Assembly: GCA_964016885.1 (NCBI GenBank)
Contig: OZ024744.1
Span: 42,780,001 to 42,844,000, forward strand
Direction: 5' to 3'
DNA length: 64,000 nt
Origin: Eledone cirrhosa
Taxonomy: Eukaryota
The translations under genes and the position numbers were made by a program. The notes below the pieces were generated by a model. That model had not been told where the DNA came from and made no database searches. It was given only the letters and a program-made list of their open reading frames with translations. Below are positions 41,198-55,131 of this stretch, piece by piece. Position 1 is the first letter of the stretch; the number at the start of each line of letters is the position of its first letter.

Positions 41198-41484
41198 AAG
41201 CAAAGAGACAAGAAGCATTAACGGCCAAAACAAGCCAAAACTTGTATTTTGATCTTATATAAATATATAAATAAATACATATATACATATATACATATAT
41301 ATATATATATCATCATCATCATCACTGTTTTACGTCCGTTCTTCCACGCTAGCATGGGGGGTTAGACTGGTTGTCCTGTTGTGGGCAGTGTCTATCAGGC
41401 CGTTTCAACGGCTAATTCTGGCTAATCCAGTCCAGAATTAGCCGTCGAAACGGCCTGAGCTCAGCCGTCGGGGTCCTACTCGTT

Positions 41485-41627
<143 letters not shown>

Positions 41628-41646
41628 ATATATATATATGTATATA

Positions 41647-41773
<127 letters not shown>

Positions 41774-41856
41774 CGAAGGAAATGTGGTAAGGAACCAGGT
41801 GGACCAGAATTAGCCGTCGAAACGGCTTGAGCTCAGCTGTCGGGGTCTTACTGGTT

Positions 41857-41937
<81 letters not shown>

Positions 41938-41957
41938 ATATATTGTATATATATATT

Positions 41958-42552
41958 GCAAGGGTTGGACAGGTCCTTTTCAGCACAGCATCTCTCCACT
42001 TGGCACGGTCCTTCGTCATCTCCTCCGTGAGCTTCAGCGATCTGAGGTCTGCTCTCACCACCTCCACCCATATTTTTTGTGGCCTTCTTCTACTGCGTCT
42101 TCCTTCTGCTGGGATTTCTTGGCACTTCTTTACCCAGCGGTCATCCTCCATGCACATCACATTTCCATCTTCTCTCCCTCACACTACAACTTATCTCTCT
42201 TATACACAGTTTCTCTCTCAATCCACCTATGCTTGGCCGTTTACGCCCATTGACACTGCACATCCAATGGAGCATGCTTGCCTCATTTCTCTCCAGCCAT
42301 TACATATCCTCTGTAGTTGCTGTCCATGTCCCACTACCATGCAACATCGTGCATCTCACACAAGCATCATATGACCGGCCTTTCGTACGGAGGGAGAAAC
42401 TCTTTTTTGTCAACAGAGGAAGCAGCTCCATAAACTTCTTCCAACCCGTCCTTATTCTAGTTACTATGGCCCCAGAACCCCCCTCCCATGCTAATCTGAT
42501 CACCTAGGTACCGGAAGCTATCAACCACTTCTATAGAACCCACCTGCATTTG
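41958..42552 (-). mobile_element. RTE family B 3' fragment
   Basis: VVDSFRYLGD, RIRTGWKKF, YDACVR, EDDRWVKKC. Confidence 0.85.
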
Positions 42553-42584
42553 AAAAATGTGTCTATCACTGTGATTACTACTCT

Positions 42585-43462
42585 CTAAAAATGAAAGGCA
42601 GATTGTATGATGCCTGTATACGAACATCAATGCTACATGGCAGTGAAACATGGACATTGTGTGCAGAGGACCTGCACAGACTGGAAAGGAACGAAGCATG
42701 CATGCTCCGTTGGATGTGTAATAGTAATATACGTGAACGGCAAAGCATAAATAAACTAAGTAAGAAATTAGTAAGAAATTAGAAATAAGAGGGACCAGAT
42801 GCTGTTTACTTGAGAGAAGACTACGTTGGTATGGTCACGCAATGCGCATGAAAGATGACAGCTGTATAAAAAAAGTGCAGGGCGATCAAAATTGATGGAA
42901 GTTACGGAGTAGGTAGACCCAGAAAAACCTGGACGATTTGATAAATTCTGACCTTACACACTTGCACCTCTCTAAGACAATGTCACTGGACCGAGATCTT
43001 TGGCGCCACGCAGTAATACAGAAAACCAGCCTTGCCTATGTACAAAGCGTAACCTACAGTCAGTAGGCACCTCTTAACCAAATATATACCCCATCCCACT
43101 ACCCCACCCCCCATCCCCACACACACACACTCCCACCAACATCACCCTTTCTCCGTAAAGTTATGTTGGTACCACTACATCCAGTCCAAAATAAATGAGG
43201 TCGTGTAGGTGTCATGACAAAAAAAACACAGTCCACGCTGTAATGTGGCCGTGTAGGTAACACGGTAAAAACCTCCCAGTCCACACTGTAAATGTGGTTG
43301 GTGTTAGGAAGGGCATCCAGCCGTAGAAAACCCGCCAGATAGTCCTATACGAGCGAGACATGGTCACCCGACCAACCTTGCCTCAAATTGGGACAACTCC
43401 CGTCTAACCCATGCTAGCGTGGAAGATGGACGTTAAACGATGATGATGATGATAATGATGAT
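42585..43462 (+). mobile_element. RTE family A-related 3' fragment with 3'UTR and (GAT)n tail
   Basis: MKGRLYDACIRT..; closely similar to 8570-9540. Confidence 0.88.
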
Positions 43463-43464
43463 GA

Positions 43465-43801
43465 GAGGGTATTAGGATAAAGCAGGCAAGAAGGGAGGAG
43501 AGATTTGAAGAAAGATTTATTACATTATATTACCTAACTTGTATTTCATTGCTGTTACGCAATCATCTACGAGAGCTGGACAGGATTATTTTTTCCTTAT
43601 TCACTCACTCGCATTATGTCTGCATACAGCAAATACTCAGAGATAAATGAAATAATATATAATTACAAATATATTTTAGGTATGTATGTGTAAAAGGAAA
43701 AGAGTAACAACAATGAAACATGTGTTAGATAATAAATATAATGTAATAAATCTTTCGTCAAATCTCTCCTCTTTTTTTGCCTGGTTTTTAGTAATACTCT
43801 G
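43465..43801. mobile_element. MITE-like element with ~65-bp imperfect TIRs
   Basis: gagggtattagg..gaggagagatttgaagaaagatttattacattatatt vs aatataatgtaataaatctttcgtcaaatctctcctc..gtaatactctg. Confidence 0.7.
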
Positions 43802-46099
43802 TTTATACTAAATTACTCCCTGAATACTTGGAACCTTGTACCATACTCAAAGAATTAATAACTACATCAACCATAGTGAGAATAACTATCTGGCAGGCTG
43901 TTAATTTTTCACCTTTTGTTTGCATATTCAATTCACACAAAAACGAATTAATCAACATAAATGGGGATTTCATTAACTTCTCATATATATATATATATCA
44001 TCATCATCACTTTTTTACGTCCATTCTTCCACGCTAGCATGGGTTAGACAGGATGTTCTGTTGTGGGCAATGCTAGGTCAAGTGACCATCTCTTGCTCAT
44101 ACAGAACTGATTCTGGCTTGATTTCTACAGCTGGATGCCCTTCCTAACACCAACCTCCTTTACAGTGAGTACTGGGTGTTTTTTTACTGTGGTGCCTACA
44201 CAACCAGTTTACAGCAGGAGGGGTAGGGGCATACTGTCTATATACTTCAGCTTTGGCTTGTACCCATGGGAAGTCGGGTCATCTGTATTACTGCATAATG
44301 CCAGAGGTCTCAGTCTGGGTCAGACTCCCAGATATATATATATATTTAGGGTGAAAGCAGAACTTCATTGCTTAAACTTTTAATCTATACTCATCATCAA
44401 CACCATTTAACATCCATTTTTCCATGCTAGCATGCATTAGACACATTGTTTTGTTGTGAGATAGGCAAGATCCAGTGACCATGTCTTGTTCATACAGAAC
44501 TGATTTGGAGTTGGTTTCTACTGCTGGATGCACTTCCTAATGCCAATCACATTTACAGTAAGTAGTGGGTGTTTTTTGCTGTGACACCAACACAACCATC
44601 TTACAGTGTGAGCTGGATGCTTTTTGTCATGACACCTACATGACCATTTAACATTGTGGACTGGGGACTGTGGTGAAGGTGGTGGTTATATGGGCATGTG
44701 TGAGGGGTGGAGTGTTAGGACATGTGAGGTGTATGGAAGGGGGATGGAGGGGAAGAGGGTGCAATACTCATCTTCTGACCAAGTTTCACTTACCCTGTCT
44801 CAGCTGTGGCCACCACTAGAATCTGATGCATGCATAAATAAACTGGATGAAGAAGGAAGAATACAACATCTGCAGACTGTCACATTTTACTTCCCCATCA
44901 ACACCCGCAGCCCCACCCCTATTATGATTCCTCTATGCATATCAGAATGTTTTGTACACTCTTAAGCTAGACAGAGACATGATATAACTGTGAAAACAAA
45001 TCTGTAAATCATGCCTGCATATCAATCTCTCTATAAATTTGAGTGACTTCCATCCGTCCGTCGCACAATATATGTGTGTTTTTGTGAACGTAAGTGTGTG
45101 TAAAAGGAAGGAAGAGGCTGGTGAAAAAACTATAGGAAAGAAAACAGTGGCTGGCATTACATTTGCTACGCTGTGTATGAGTGTATGTGTGTGTGTTTGT
45201 GTGAATGTGTGTGTTTGTGTGAATGTATATCTGTGAGTGTGTATTTTTTGTAAGTGTCTGTGTTTGCATGTTTGTATTTATATACTCATACATATAAATG
45301 AATGCATATTTACACACACACACACACACATACATATGTGTCAACATGTTGAAAACAATTCTAGCGAAGTAAAACTGCTTGTTTTAAACTGTTTATGTGT
45401 ATCTAAAAAAATGTCCATTATAATCTTATGTAAGAACCTTTATTAAGTTGTGTTCCAAACATCAGCATGATAATATTGTACAAATTAACTTCAAATTCTT
45501 GATTATTTTCAAAATTATTTGAAAATCATAGCTAATCTCTTTCATTAAAAATATGGCAATGAAATGTTAAATGTGTGATATTTCATACAAAATTCTTTGT
45601 TTTCCTTGTTAATGTTTCATTAACAAACAATAAAATTCAATATTGACTATCATCTCATTTATCCAATGGATTTAAATGAATCAAAGTGAGATCCTTTCAT
45701 TTAGTGAAAAATGAAAGTTTGCCTATGTGTCAGATTGTAAGCATTCTTCTAAATCAATGAAGTAAAAGAAAAAGACAAAAAAACATTCATTTTATTGAAA
45801 AATATTTATTTTATTCTACATTATCTCTTTTGATACCTACCTGATCAAACCTGACTCAGGTTCTATGAAACCCATTTTTAAAATGTTTCTGTTTAAATTT
45901 ATATCTTCCAACATAAATTTATATAAGAACTATATGTTACAAATGCTCTCTTAGTAATGAAATATTTAATAATCCTAGTAAATCTCTCAAAATTCATCAT
46001 CAATTAATTAGAAATATGGTCATGGAAAGGTTAAGCACTTATAATGGTTTTTAATTTGAACAGAAGGCTGGCATTTTTTTTTTTTTTTGTGGAGTAAGG

Positions 46100-46372
46100 T
46101 TGATTATATTGAGCCCAGTACTTGACCCCAGAAAGAGAAAAATCAATGTCACCTCAACTGGATTTGAACTCAGAAGAATAAGAGGCATAATTATATTGAG
46201 CTCAGTATTTGACCCCAGGAGGAAAAGCAATGCTGACCTCAATTGGATTTGAACTCAGAAGGTAAAGAAGCATAATTATAATATATTGAGCCTAGTTCTT
46301 GACCCCAAAAGGAGGAAAAGCAATGTGACCTCAACTGGATTTGAATTCAGAAGGTAAAGAGGCATAATTAAA
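46100..46372. repeat. ~90-bp tandem repeat x3, derived from SINE family 2
   Basis: tatattgagc.cagta.ttgacccca..acctcaactggatttgaactcagaag repeated. Confidence 0.75.
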
Positions 46373-46593
46373 TATCCATCATCATTGTTAAACCTTGATA
46401 ACAAAATCCATGAAAGTAGTTGAAAAAACAAGCTATTTCCATAGCCTTGTATGATCATTGTTTCAATTTTGTATTTGCCTTGGTTTGCAAGACATAAAAA
46501 TGTTTCCAATATGACCCCCTCCATAAAACCTGGAGAGTGGATGAAAATCTGCCTGCTATAGGTCATCTTAATCAGAGCAGAACTGGAGCTTCA

Positions 46594-46740
46594 CCACAAC
46601 CACCACAACAACAACATAGACAACAACAACATCAACAACAACATAAACAACAACATAAACAGCAGCAACAACAACAACAGCAACAACATAAACAACAACA
46701 TAAACAGCAACATAAACAGCAACATCAAGAACAACAACAA
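46594..46740. repeat. (CAA)n-rich repeat
   Basis: Direct reading. Confidence 0.9.
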
Positions 46741-46756
46741 ATGCAAAGACTTTTAA

Positions 46757-47307
46757 CTCTTAACAACCTATAACAATTTAGATAAAAATATCTAAAAGTA
46801 GGTTCATTAATTCAGATGTTTATGGTGTCTTTATTGGTGGACATACTGCTGTGAATATTTCCATTTTTTTTACTTATGTTTTATGTAGTACAGGACGTTA
46901 AGAATTAATTCTTAACGTCCCAGACTTGTCAACTCTCCCCGCCTGATAGGGAGATCTCTCACCCACTTTGGGGTGAGAGATGTCTTCTCTTGTGAAAGTG
47001 GGTATAGCTTTTATTATGTAAAATCTATCCCTTTGCCTCATTTCTCTTTTTCATGGCACACCCCATTTGGGTTTCTAGAGGTTATCAGGTCTAATATCAT
47101 GTAATGATTTAGCAGAAAATATCTAATACAGGTTTGTTAATTCAAATGTTTATAGTATCTTTACTAGTGGACAAATGATTGTGAGCATTTGCAGTTAACT
47201 AAAGTAAAGATTTTCATTTTTTTTCAATGTGATCTAACTATAGTGTTGTTTTTTGTATTCAAGAATGTCTTGCTTCTGTGGTCTTATGGGGTACAGGACG
47301 TAAAGAG
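46757..47307. mobile_element. Two tandem TTAA-flanked MITEs of a second piggyBac-like family sharing the TTAA at 46905-46908
   Basis: TTAA-ctcttaaca..gtacaggacgttaagaa-TTAA-ttcttaacgtcc..gtacaggacgtaaagag-TTAA; internal sequence recurs near 49950 and 50425. Confidence 0.55.
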
Positions 47308-47899
47308 TTAACACTGACTCTTTATATGATGTACAGTACATGATTATGGCTGAATTAAAACATTTTCAGAAGAAAATAATAGTAAATAAATCCATTTGTT
47401 TACCTTTAGCATGCTCTAGGCGACATAAGACACCAATAGAGTGATCTCCCCTTAATACATAATGCAGTGTCAAGGGAAGCAATTCATAAACATTTCTAGC
47501 AGGTTAAAGTTTTTAAAAAAGTCATGGAAAAGAATTATTATTGTTAAAAAAAAAAGAAAATTATACTAAAAAAAAATGATTTCTAAATTTGTTGTGGGAG
47601 GTTGGGGGTGGGGTGGAGGTGGGGTGGCTAGTAGGCATTATTTTTAATTGTTCATTTTATATTGGGGTGGGTGGAGGAGAACTTGTCACTGATGTTTTTA
47701 TTACCTCTTAACATATTGACAGCTAATTCCAAAACACCTGACAAAATACTAATCATATGTTCTCATTGTTATGCCAGTTAAACCCAAAACAAAGGTAAAT
47801 ATTAAATATTTAACAAATTTCAAATAAATTGAATGGCAGTTGAAAAAAAAAAAATATTGGGCAGTCAAGTGAAAAATCTTAAGCCCCAACTATATATAT

Positions 47900-48180
47900 A
47901 CACTTTATTTCACATTGCTCCAGTTTACTCAGCTGTAGAAATGAGATGATAAGGACTGGGGTCCCTATAATTCCACTGCAAAGTGGTCGTGCAGGTGCCA
48001 CGGCAAAAAAGCACGCAGCCCACACTGTAAAGTGGTTATGTAGGCGCCACGGAAAAAAAAAAAGCACCCAGCACTCACTGTAAATGAGGTTGGTGTTAGG
48101 AAGGGCATCCAGCTGTAGAAATCGAGCCAGAATCAGTTCCCGTCCCACCCTTGCAGGGAAAAGCGGATGTAAAATGAAAA
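47900..48180 (+). mobile_element. SINE family 1, 5'-truncated
   Basis: Matches 55232-55460. Confidence 0.85.
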
Positions 48181-48306
48181 AAAATGAAAAAAAAACGATA
48201 TATATATACAGTGTCCCCAAAAATTGCATACACACTTCAATAGCATTCTAATAATTATTTATTTATTATTTATTTATATAGTTGGCGCTTTAGATTTTTC
48301 ACTTGA

Positions 48307-48344
<38 letters not shown>

Positions 48345-48949
48345 TACACACACACATATATATATATATATTTAAACTTTACCAATCTAAGTCTATTGCT
48401 TACATAGCCCACAACTATAAATAGTAACATTTCATACATTAAACCTTTATATTACACCCAACATAAACATGTTTACATTAACTCCAATGTAAACATATTT
48501 GAATGCAACTAACTTGTCATATATTATTTACATTACATAACATTTATATCTATGCTATCATTACATATCTGTTTTACCTTAATGCATGCTACTATTAACA
48601 TTCTGTATGTAATAAGCTTAATATATTCTCTTTCTGTTTTACCTTATGCATGCTATTATTAACACTCTGTGTGTATTATGCTTCATATATTCACTTGTAG
48701 TTATACCCTTCTTATAACACCTTTCAATATTTTGATATCTTTTTACTGTAATATCATGTATTTGCTTGCTATCATTTTGCATCTATATTACCTTTATGTA
48801 TACTATTATTAACTTTCTGTGTAATATGCTTGATATACTCACTTGTAATAATAACCTCTTTATAACAGGTTCCAATATTTTGCTATCTTTTCACTATAAT
48901 ATCATTTTGTTACTCTTGTTTTTCAATATGATGTCACTGACACTGTTAA

Positions 48950-49130
48950 TAATTGTTTCTACATTAGGCACAAGGCCAGCAATTACCCAGTGCATTACTG
49001 GTACTTTATTTTATCGACCCCGTAAGGATGAAAGGCAAAGTCAACCTCAGCGGGATTTGAACTCAGATTGTAAAGGGACGTAACTATGCTGGAAAGCATG
49101 GCGTCCGACCCTCTACCGATACTGCCAATC
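48950..49130 (-). mobile_element. SINE family 2 (tRNA-like head, Nin/Deu-like central motif); other copies at ~54612-54775, 54960-55120, 31810-31950, 23380-23510
   Basis: ctgagttcaaatcccg..gttgactttgcctttcatccttacggggtcgataaa..gtacca. Confidence 0.75.
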
Positions 49131-49192
49131 CACAATATCTTAATGAATGTTCTAAGGACTAGGAACGTAATTACGTGTTTAAACATTGTGTA

Positions 49193-49239
49193 TGCTCCGA
49201 TGATTCCAAACAGTTGTCTGGAAGAAACGATTGTCAGCA
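49193..49239 (+). ncRNA. Hammerhead motif, U4C core variant, GUC site
   Basis: tgct-CCGATGA-ttccaaaca-gt-tgtctggaa-GAAA-cgattg-TC-agca. Confidence 0.68.
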
Positions 49240-50583
49240 ATTAAATGCATTAAGCAAAAAATTTGATTGTTTTATATTTTGTATATATATACATATAAAT
49301 ATATGTACATGTGTGTATATATATATATGTATGTATAGTATGGGACTTCTAAGTGTTCACTGATCAGATTATACAAAACCATGTGCCTATAATAGAAATT
49401 ATTATTGCTGTTTTTGGCCTGGCAACCAGCCATGTTTCACATTGCTTTGTATGTTTTATGAATCATTATTGCTGCCTCCTGACCTGAAACTTTTTCATTG
49501 TTTATATTTGCTGACAGATTTGTTATAAAATTCATCAGACATGTGGAGACAGATCATTTGTTCCTGTTTGCCCTCTCTAATTCTTAACATCATCATCGTT
49601 TAACATCCGTTTCACCACTTTTGCATGGGTTGGATGGGTCTTTTTCAACACAGCCTCCCTTCCACTTGTTGCATTCCTGTGCAGCAAAGCAATTTGTGAT
49701 AAGCTCTCACTACTTCTGTCCAGATCTTCCTTGGTTATCCTCTATTGCAGTTTCCTTCACCAAATGATTATAATTCATAAGCACCACATGCTCATACCAA
49801 TACAGTTATCTCTCTTGCACATCTGATTCTTCTTATATCCAGTTTTTCTCTCTGCTCACCCATACTTCTTTGATCATGCACATTAACATAGCACATCAAC
49901 TGAAGAATGTTTGTTTCGTCCATAAAAAACATGGGAAGAACATTAGCAGAAAATATATAAAAAGGGATTTGTTAATTCAAATGTTTGTGGTATTTTTACT
50001 AGAGGAGAGATTACTGTGAAAATTTGTTCTATATTTAAAATTCTTTTGCTGGTCTCAGTCATTTGACTCAAGCCATGCTAGGGTCAACATTTAATGAATT
50101 TAGTCAATCATATCAATTCCAATACTTATTTACTATTGAATTAATATATCATATAAATACAATTTAATAGAAAAAGAAAACAAAATTTGATTGAGAAGAA
50201 AGAATGCAATGTAAAATAAGAAAATATAAAAGAAAAATGGAAAAGGAGGGGAAAGGCAAGAGCTTTAGTGTCACAGAAGAATGGGGAGGAGTGGGTGAGG
50301 GTGATTGGGCTCTGGGTTTAGGGGATAGCGGTAATAGGGATGTGCCTCATGGACTTGACCACAAAAGCATTCTCGCAGACAATGACTAGCAACACCCATT
50401 GCAACAGGCTCATAACATCCAGCAAAATATTTAAAAATGGGTTTGTTAATTCAAATGTTCATATGTATATCTTTCTTAGTAAACAAATCATCGTGAACAT
50501 TTTCAATAAACTAAAAACTTTGATGTTTAATGTGATGCAGTCACAGCATTGTTTTATACTTTTTTTTAAATGTTTTTTGTTAA

Positions 50584-50803
50584 CCCTTTAACATTTACAT
50601 TACTCTATATTTACTATCATATTTTCACAGTAAACACTTTACCTCACATAATTATCTCACATAATATCGAATCTATGAGATTTTGATATTATTTATTTTG
50701 AGAACAATACCTTAACATACGTATGAATGGCCAGTTACAACCAGTTTGAACAGAAAGAAGTGAAAGATTCTGGACAGATATGGCCAGTTTAAATGCTAAA
50801 GGG
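50584..50803 (-). mobile_element. piggyBac-type MITE (same family as 26786)
   Basis: TTAA-CCCTTTAACATTTA..TAAATGCTAAAGGG-ttta. Confidence 0.85.
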
Positions 50804-51725
50804 TTTATATGGTTTCATGTGGTACAGGAACAAAACATTAAGAGTTAATTTACTGTTCAATATGGTGAATTAGCAAAGATGTTAAAAATGTTTGATAAAA
50901 TATCTTGTGGTGTTTTGTTCTGGGTCTTTGCCCTCTGAGTTCAAATTCTTGCTGAGACCAACTTTGGTTTTCTTCCATTTAGGGTTGATGAAATATAGGA
51001 CCAGTACATGATGATGGGTTGGCAGAATTGTTAAAGCCACAGACTACATGCTTTACAGTATTTATTCAGGTATTTGGCATTCTGAATTAAAATTCTGCCT
51101 AGTATTTCAAATCCCATTTTTGACCAGGGTTAATCACTAAACCATGTGCCCACAACTAATTACAAAAGCTGCAATGTATGGAGGGGGATAGTGACAATCA
51201 GTTTCTCTAGTAGTAAGATAATGATGATGGTGATGATGATGATGAAGATGATGATGATGATGATGATGAGCTAATCACGTAACCACAGGATCACAACTAA
51301 TTATCATCATCATCATCATCGTTTAACGTCCATCTTCCACGCTTGCATGGGTTTATGAAAGTTGTAATGGATTGAGGAGGATTATGACCATCTACATGCT
51401 ACGGTAGACAAACAATGGTAATGATACAGGGCTGTTCTATTGCTCAAGGTGTATTTTTCTAGTAAAGATAGAAAGTATTAGAAAACACATTGCAAAGAAA
51501 TCTGAACAACATTGTTGATCTTGTAGTGTTATATCAAACAGACATTGCTGTTTGGTAGATATGGTAAATGAGGCAGTATGGTCATGTACTGGACACAATA
51601 GACTGAGAGCAAAGCACTTCTACTGTCGCCTAGCCCTAATAAAGGATTTTTTTTTCATTCCAGCCAATATGATATAAACTTTTTAAGTGCCACTCAAAGA
51701 AATAGAGACACTGAAGTTCTTTCAA

Positions 51726-51941
51726 CCCTCAGCATTTAAACCAGCCATATCTGGCCAGAATTCTCCCACCCCTTTCTGTTCTTTCTGTTCAAACTGGTCA
51801 TAACTGTCCACTCGTACTAATGTTAAAGTATTGTTCTCAAAATGAATGATATCAAAATCTCATAGATTTGATATTATGTGAGATAAAGCCTTTACAGCGA
51901 AAATACAATAGTAAATATAGAGTAATTTAAATGCTAAAGGG
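51726..51941 (+). mobile_element. piggyBac-type MITE (same family as 26786)
   Basis: tcaa-CCCTCAGCATTTA..TAAATGCTAAAGGG-TTAA. Confidence 0.85.
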
Positions 51942-52104
51942 TTAAATGTAGTTTCACAAAAAAAGGTGAAAAGGATTTGATAGATCTGGTTATAGGTATG
52001 ATCTGGAGAAAAATAACAATAATAGCATTATCATCAATATTAACAACTATGACCACTATAATCCAAGGAAGAAGTCTCTACATGTACCAGAATAAACAAC
52101 AGAA

Positions 52105-52970
52105 ACAGGGTTCTCTCTAAAAATGAAAGGCAGGCTGTATGATGCCTGCATACGAACAGCAATGTTACATGGCAGTGAGACCTGGGCATTGTGTGCAGAG
52201 GATATACGCAAACTGGAGAGGAACAAAGCTTGCATGCTCCATTGGATGTGTAATAGAGATATACGTGAACGGCAAAGCATAAACGAACTAAGGGAGAAAT
52301 TAGGAATAAGAGGGATCAGATGTTGTTTACTCGAGAGAAGGCTACGTTGGTATGGTCACGTGATGCGCATGAAAGACGACAGCTGTATAAAAAAGTGCAG
52401 GGTGATAAAAATAGACGGTAGCCACGGAGTAGGCAGACCCAGAAAAGCCTGGGGCGACTTGATAAATTCCGACCTTACACACTTACACCTCTCCAAGACA
52501 ATGTCACTCGACCGAGATCTTTGGCGCTATTCAGTAATACAGAAGACCCACCTTGCCTAAGTACAAAGCGAAACCTACAGTAAGTAGGCACCTCTTAACA
52601 AAAAAAAAAAAAAAAAATTACACACCTGTCCCACTACCCCCACCCCATCCCCACCACCCCTTTCGATGTAAAGTTATGTTGGTACCACAACATCCAGTCC
52701 GAAATAAAGGAGGTCGTGTAGGTGTCATGACAAAAAAACACACAGTCCACGCTGTAATGTGGCCGTGTAGGTTACACGGTAAAAACCTCCCAGTCCACAC
52801 TGTAAACGTGGTTGGTGTTAGGAAGGGCATCCAGCCGTAGAAAACCCGCCAGACAGTCCTATACGAGCAGGACAACAAATCTTGCCTCAAGTGGGAAAAC
52901 TCCCGTCCAAACCCATGCAAGCGTGGAAGGTGGACGTTAAACAATGATGATGATGATGATGATGATGATA
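52105..52970 (+). mobile_element. RTE family A-related 3' fragment with tail
   Basis: 145 aa ORF 52123-52560 nearly identical to the 8295-9017 C-terminus; (GAT)n tail. Confidence 0.9.
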
Positions 52971-53279
52971 ACAACCGCAGTCTTGTTTATTTTGAGATAC
53001 TTTTAACATTTGTCATAAAGTGGATTAATTCAGAAAATTTGCTTTTTTGTTAATCTGTTAGCCTTGAGTAAGGTAGTGTTAATGACACCTCTCTGGGCCT
53101 CCAAGACTGGTGAAAGGAAGGGAGGTAAGGGGGAAGGTATCCTCAAGCCAGATACCTGACCCAAATGCTTACAATAGAGTGAACTTCATTAAAGACAATC
53201 AAGAGACAGGTGGTGGTGTTAAACTGCGTATCAGTTTAAATGTAACATAAAATGTTTATAATGTATCCATGGGTCCTGA

Positions 53280-54495
53280 ATTACTGATAGAGTTGTAGGG
53301 GTGCTATCATGACATATTGTGTATTTTTGACATGTTTAAGCCTAACATAGTTCATTTATCTCTAGGTTTGAGGGTGTTGTAGGGATGTCATAATGATATA
53401 CAGTGTGTTGGGTATTTTTAAACCTGGAAGAGCCCACTATTCTCTAAGTTTGATGGATATTAGGGGTATTACAATAACATACAGTGTATCTTGGGTAAAT
53501 TTAAGGCTGAGACAGCCCGCTCCTCTCTAAGTTCGATGAAGTTGTGGGCGTCTTGGGTATTTTTAAGCCTGAAAGAACCCACATCTCTTTAGGTTGTAGG
53601 GGTATTACAATGAAATACAGCGTATCATCATCATCATTTTACATCCGCTTTTCCCTGCTTGCAAGGGTGGGACGGGAACTGATTCTGGCTTGATTTCTAC
53701 AGCTGAATGCCCTTCCTAACACCAACCTCATTTACAGTGAGTGCTGGGTGCTTTTTTGCCATGGCGCCTACACGTCCACTTTACAGTGTGGGCTGGGTGC
53801 CTTTTTGCTGTGGCACCTCCACGACCACTTTGCAGTGGAATGATAGGGACCCCAGTCCCTATCATCTCATTTCTACAGCTGAGTAAACTAGAGCAAAGTG
53901 AAATAAAGTGTCTTGCTCAAGGAAACAACACATCACCCTTTCTGAGAATTGAACTCACAACCTTTCGATTGTAAGCCCAATGCTCTAACCACTAAGCCAT
54001 GTATCATAGGTATATTTAAGCCTAACACAGCCCACTCCTCTCTAAGTTTGAAGGAGTTGCAGAGGTACCAAAATGACATATAGTGTGTCATAGGCATAAG
54101 TATATTTAAGACTGACACTGCCCATTCCTCTCTAAGTTTGATGGTGTTGTAGAAGTGTCATAGGCATAAGTATATTTAAGCCTGACACTGCCCATTTCTT
54201 TCTAAGTTTGATGGTGTTGTAGAAGTGTCATAGGCATAAGTATATTTAAGACTGACACTGCCCATTCCTCTCTAAGTTTGATGGTGTTGTAGAAGTGGTC
54301 ATAGGCATAAGTATATTTAAGCCTGACACTGCCCATTCCTCTCTAAGTTTGATGGTGTTGTAGAAGTGGTCATAGGCATAAGTATATTTAAGCCTGACAC
54401 TGCCCATTCCTCTCTAAGTTTGATGATATTGTAGAGGTGACATACAGTGTGTCTTGGGTATATTTAAGCCTGACACAACTCAATCCTCTCTAGGT
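53280..54495. repeat. Minisatellite, 70-71 bp unit (homogeneous at 54089-54430, older ~80-bp units on the flanks), interrupted by a SINE
   Basis: cataggcataagtatatttaagcctgacactgcccattcctctctaagtttgatggtgttgtagaagtgt starts at 54089, 54159, 54229, 54300, 54371. Confidence 0.9.
53629..54000 (-). mobile_element. SINE family 1, near full length, probable TSD gtatcat
   Basis: gtatcat at 53622-53628 and 54001-54007. Confidence 0.88.
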
Positions 54496-55131
54496 CGGAA
54501 CATAGACATTATCCAAATTCTTGTATCAGATTAAACACAACCATGGTTGGTGTTGTTTAGTGCCAGGTCAGCCCTATGATCAAAGGTAGTCAACCCATGA
54601 CCATACATAATAATTGTTTCTACTATTGGCACAAGGCCAGCAATTACCCAGTACATTACTGGTACTTTATTTTATCGACCCCGTAAGGATGAAAGGCAAA
54701 GTTAACCTCGGTGGGATTTGAACTCAGAATGGCAAGGACCGTAACTCAATGCGTGAAAGCATGGCGTCCGACCATACATAATAATAACCATTAATAATGA
54801 TAATATTATTAATGCATGGAGTATTAACAGTAATTTACCGGATGGTTAAAAGCTCATTTTAACGGGATTCACACAGCGTGTCTAGGGCACTTTTAAACCT
54901 GGAGGAGCCAAACCCTCTCCAGGTGTGAACTCAGCTGATTTTTTCTGTAGAGGACGAATCGACTCCAGTACTGGACCGGTACTTTTTTTATTGACCCCGA
55001 AAGGATGAAAGGAGAAGTTATCCCAGGCGGGATTTGAACTCAGGGCACGCACTGAGGTGGGACGAATACCGTAAAGCATTCTATCCAATGTCTTAACGAC
55101 TCTCCCATTTCACCGCCTATAATATATATAT

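Noticed and set aside
41958-43462. Twin-priming inversion of a single LINE
   Set aside because: The back-to-back pieces belong to different RTE families and cover the same RT region, so they are independent insertions
46537-46773. Poly-Q protein exon
   Set aside because: (CAA)n repeat with no ATG and no convincing plus-strand splice sites
49480-49545. CTGATGA...GAAA on the minus strand (also an isolated CTGATGA near 25589 and 33226)
   Set aside because: Stems I and III cannot be formed
54089-54430. CRISPR-like regular repeats (also 24560-24910 and 60070-60310)
   Set aside because: Head-to-tail units with no unique spacers and no cas genes; eukaryotic minisatellites or RTE 3'UTR repeats
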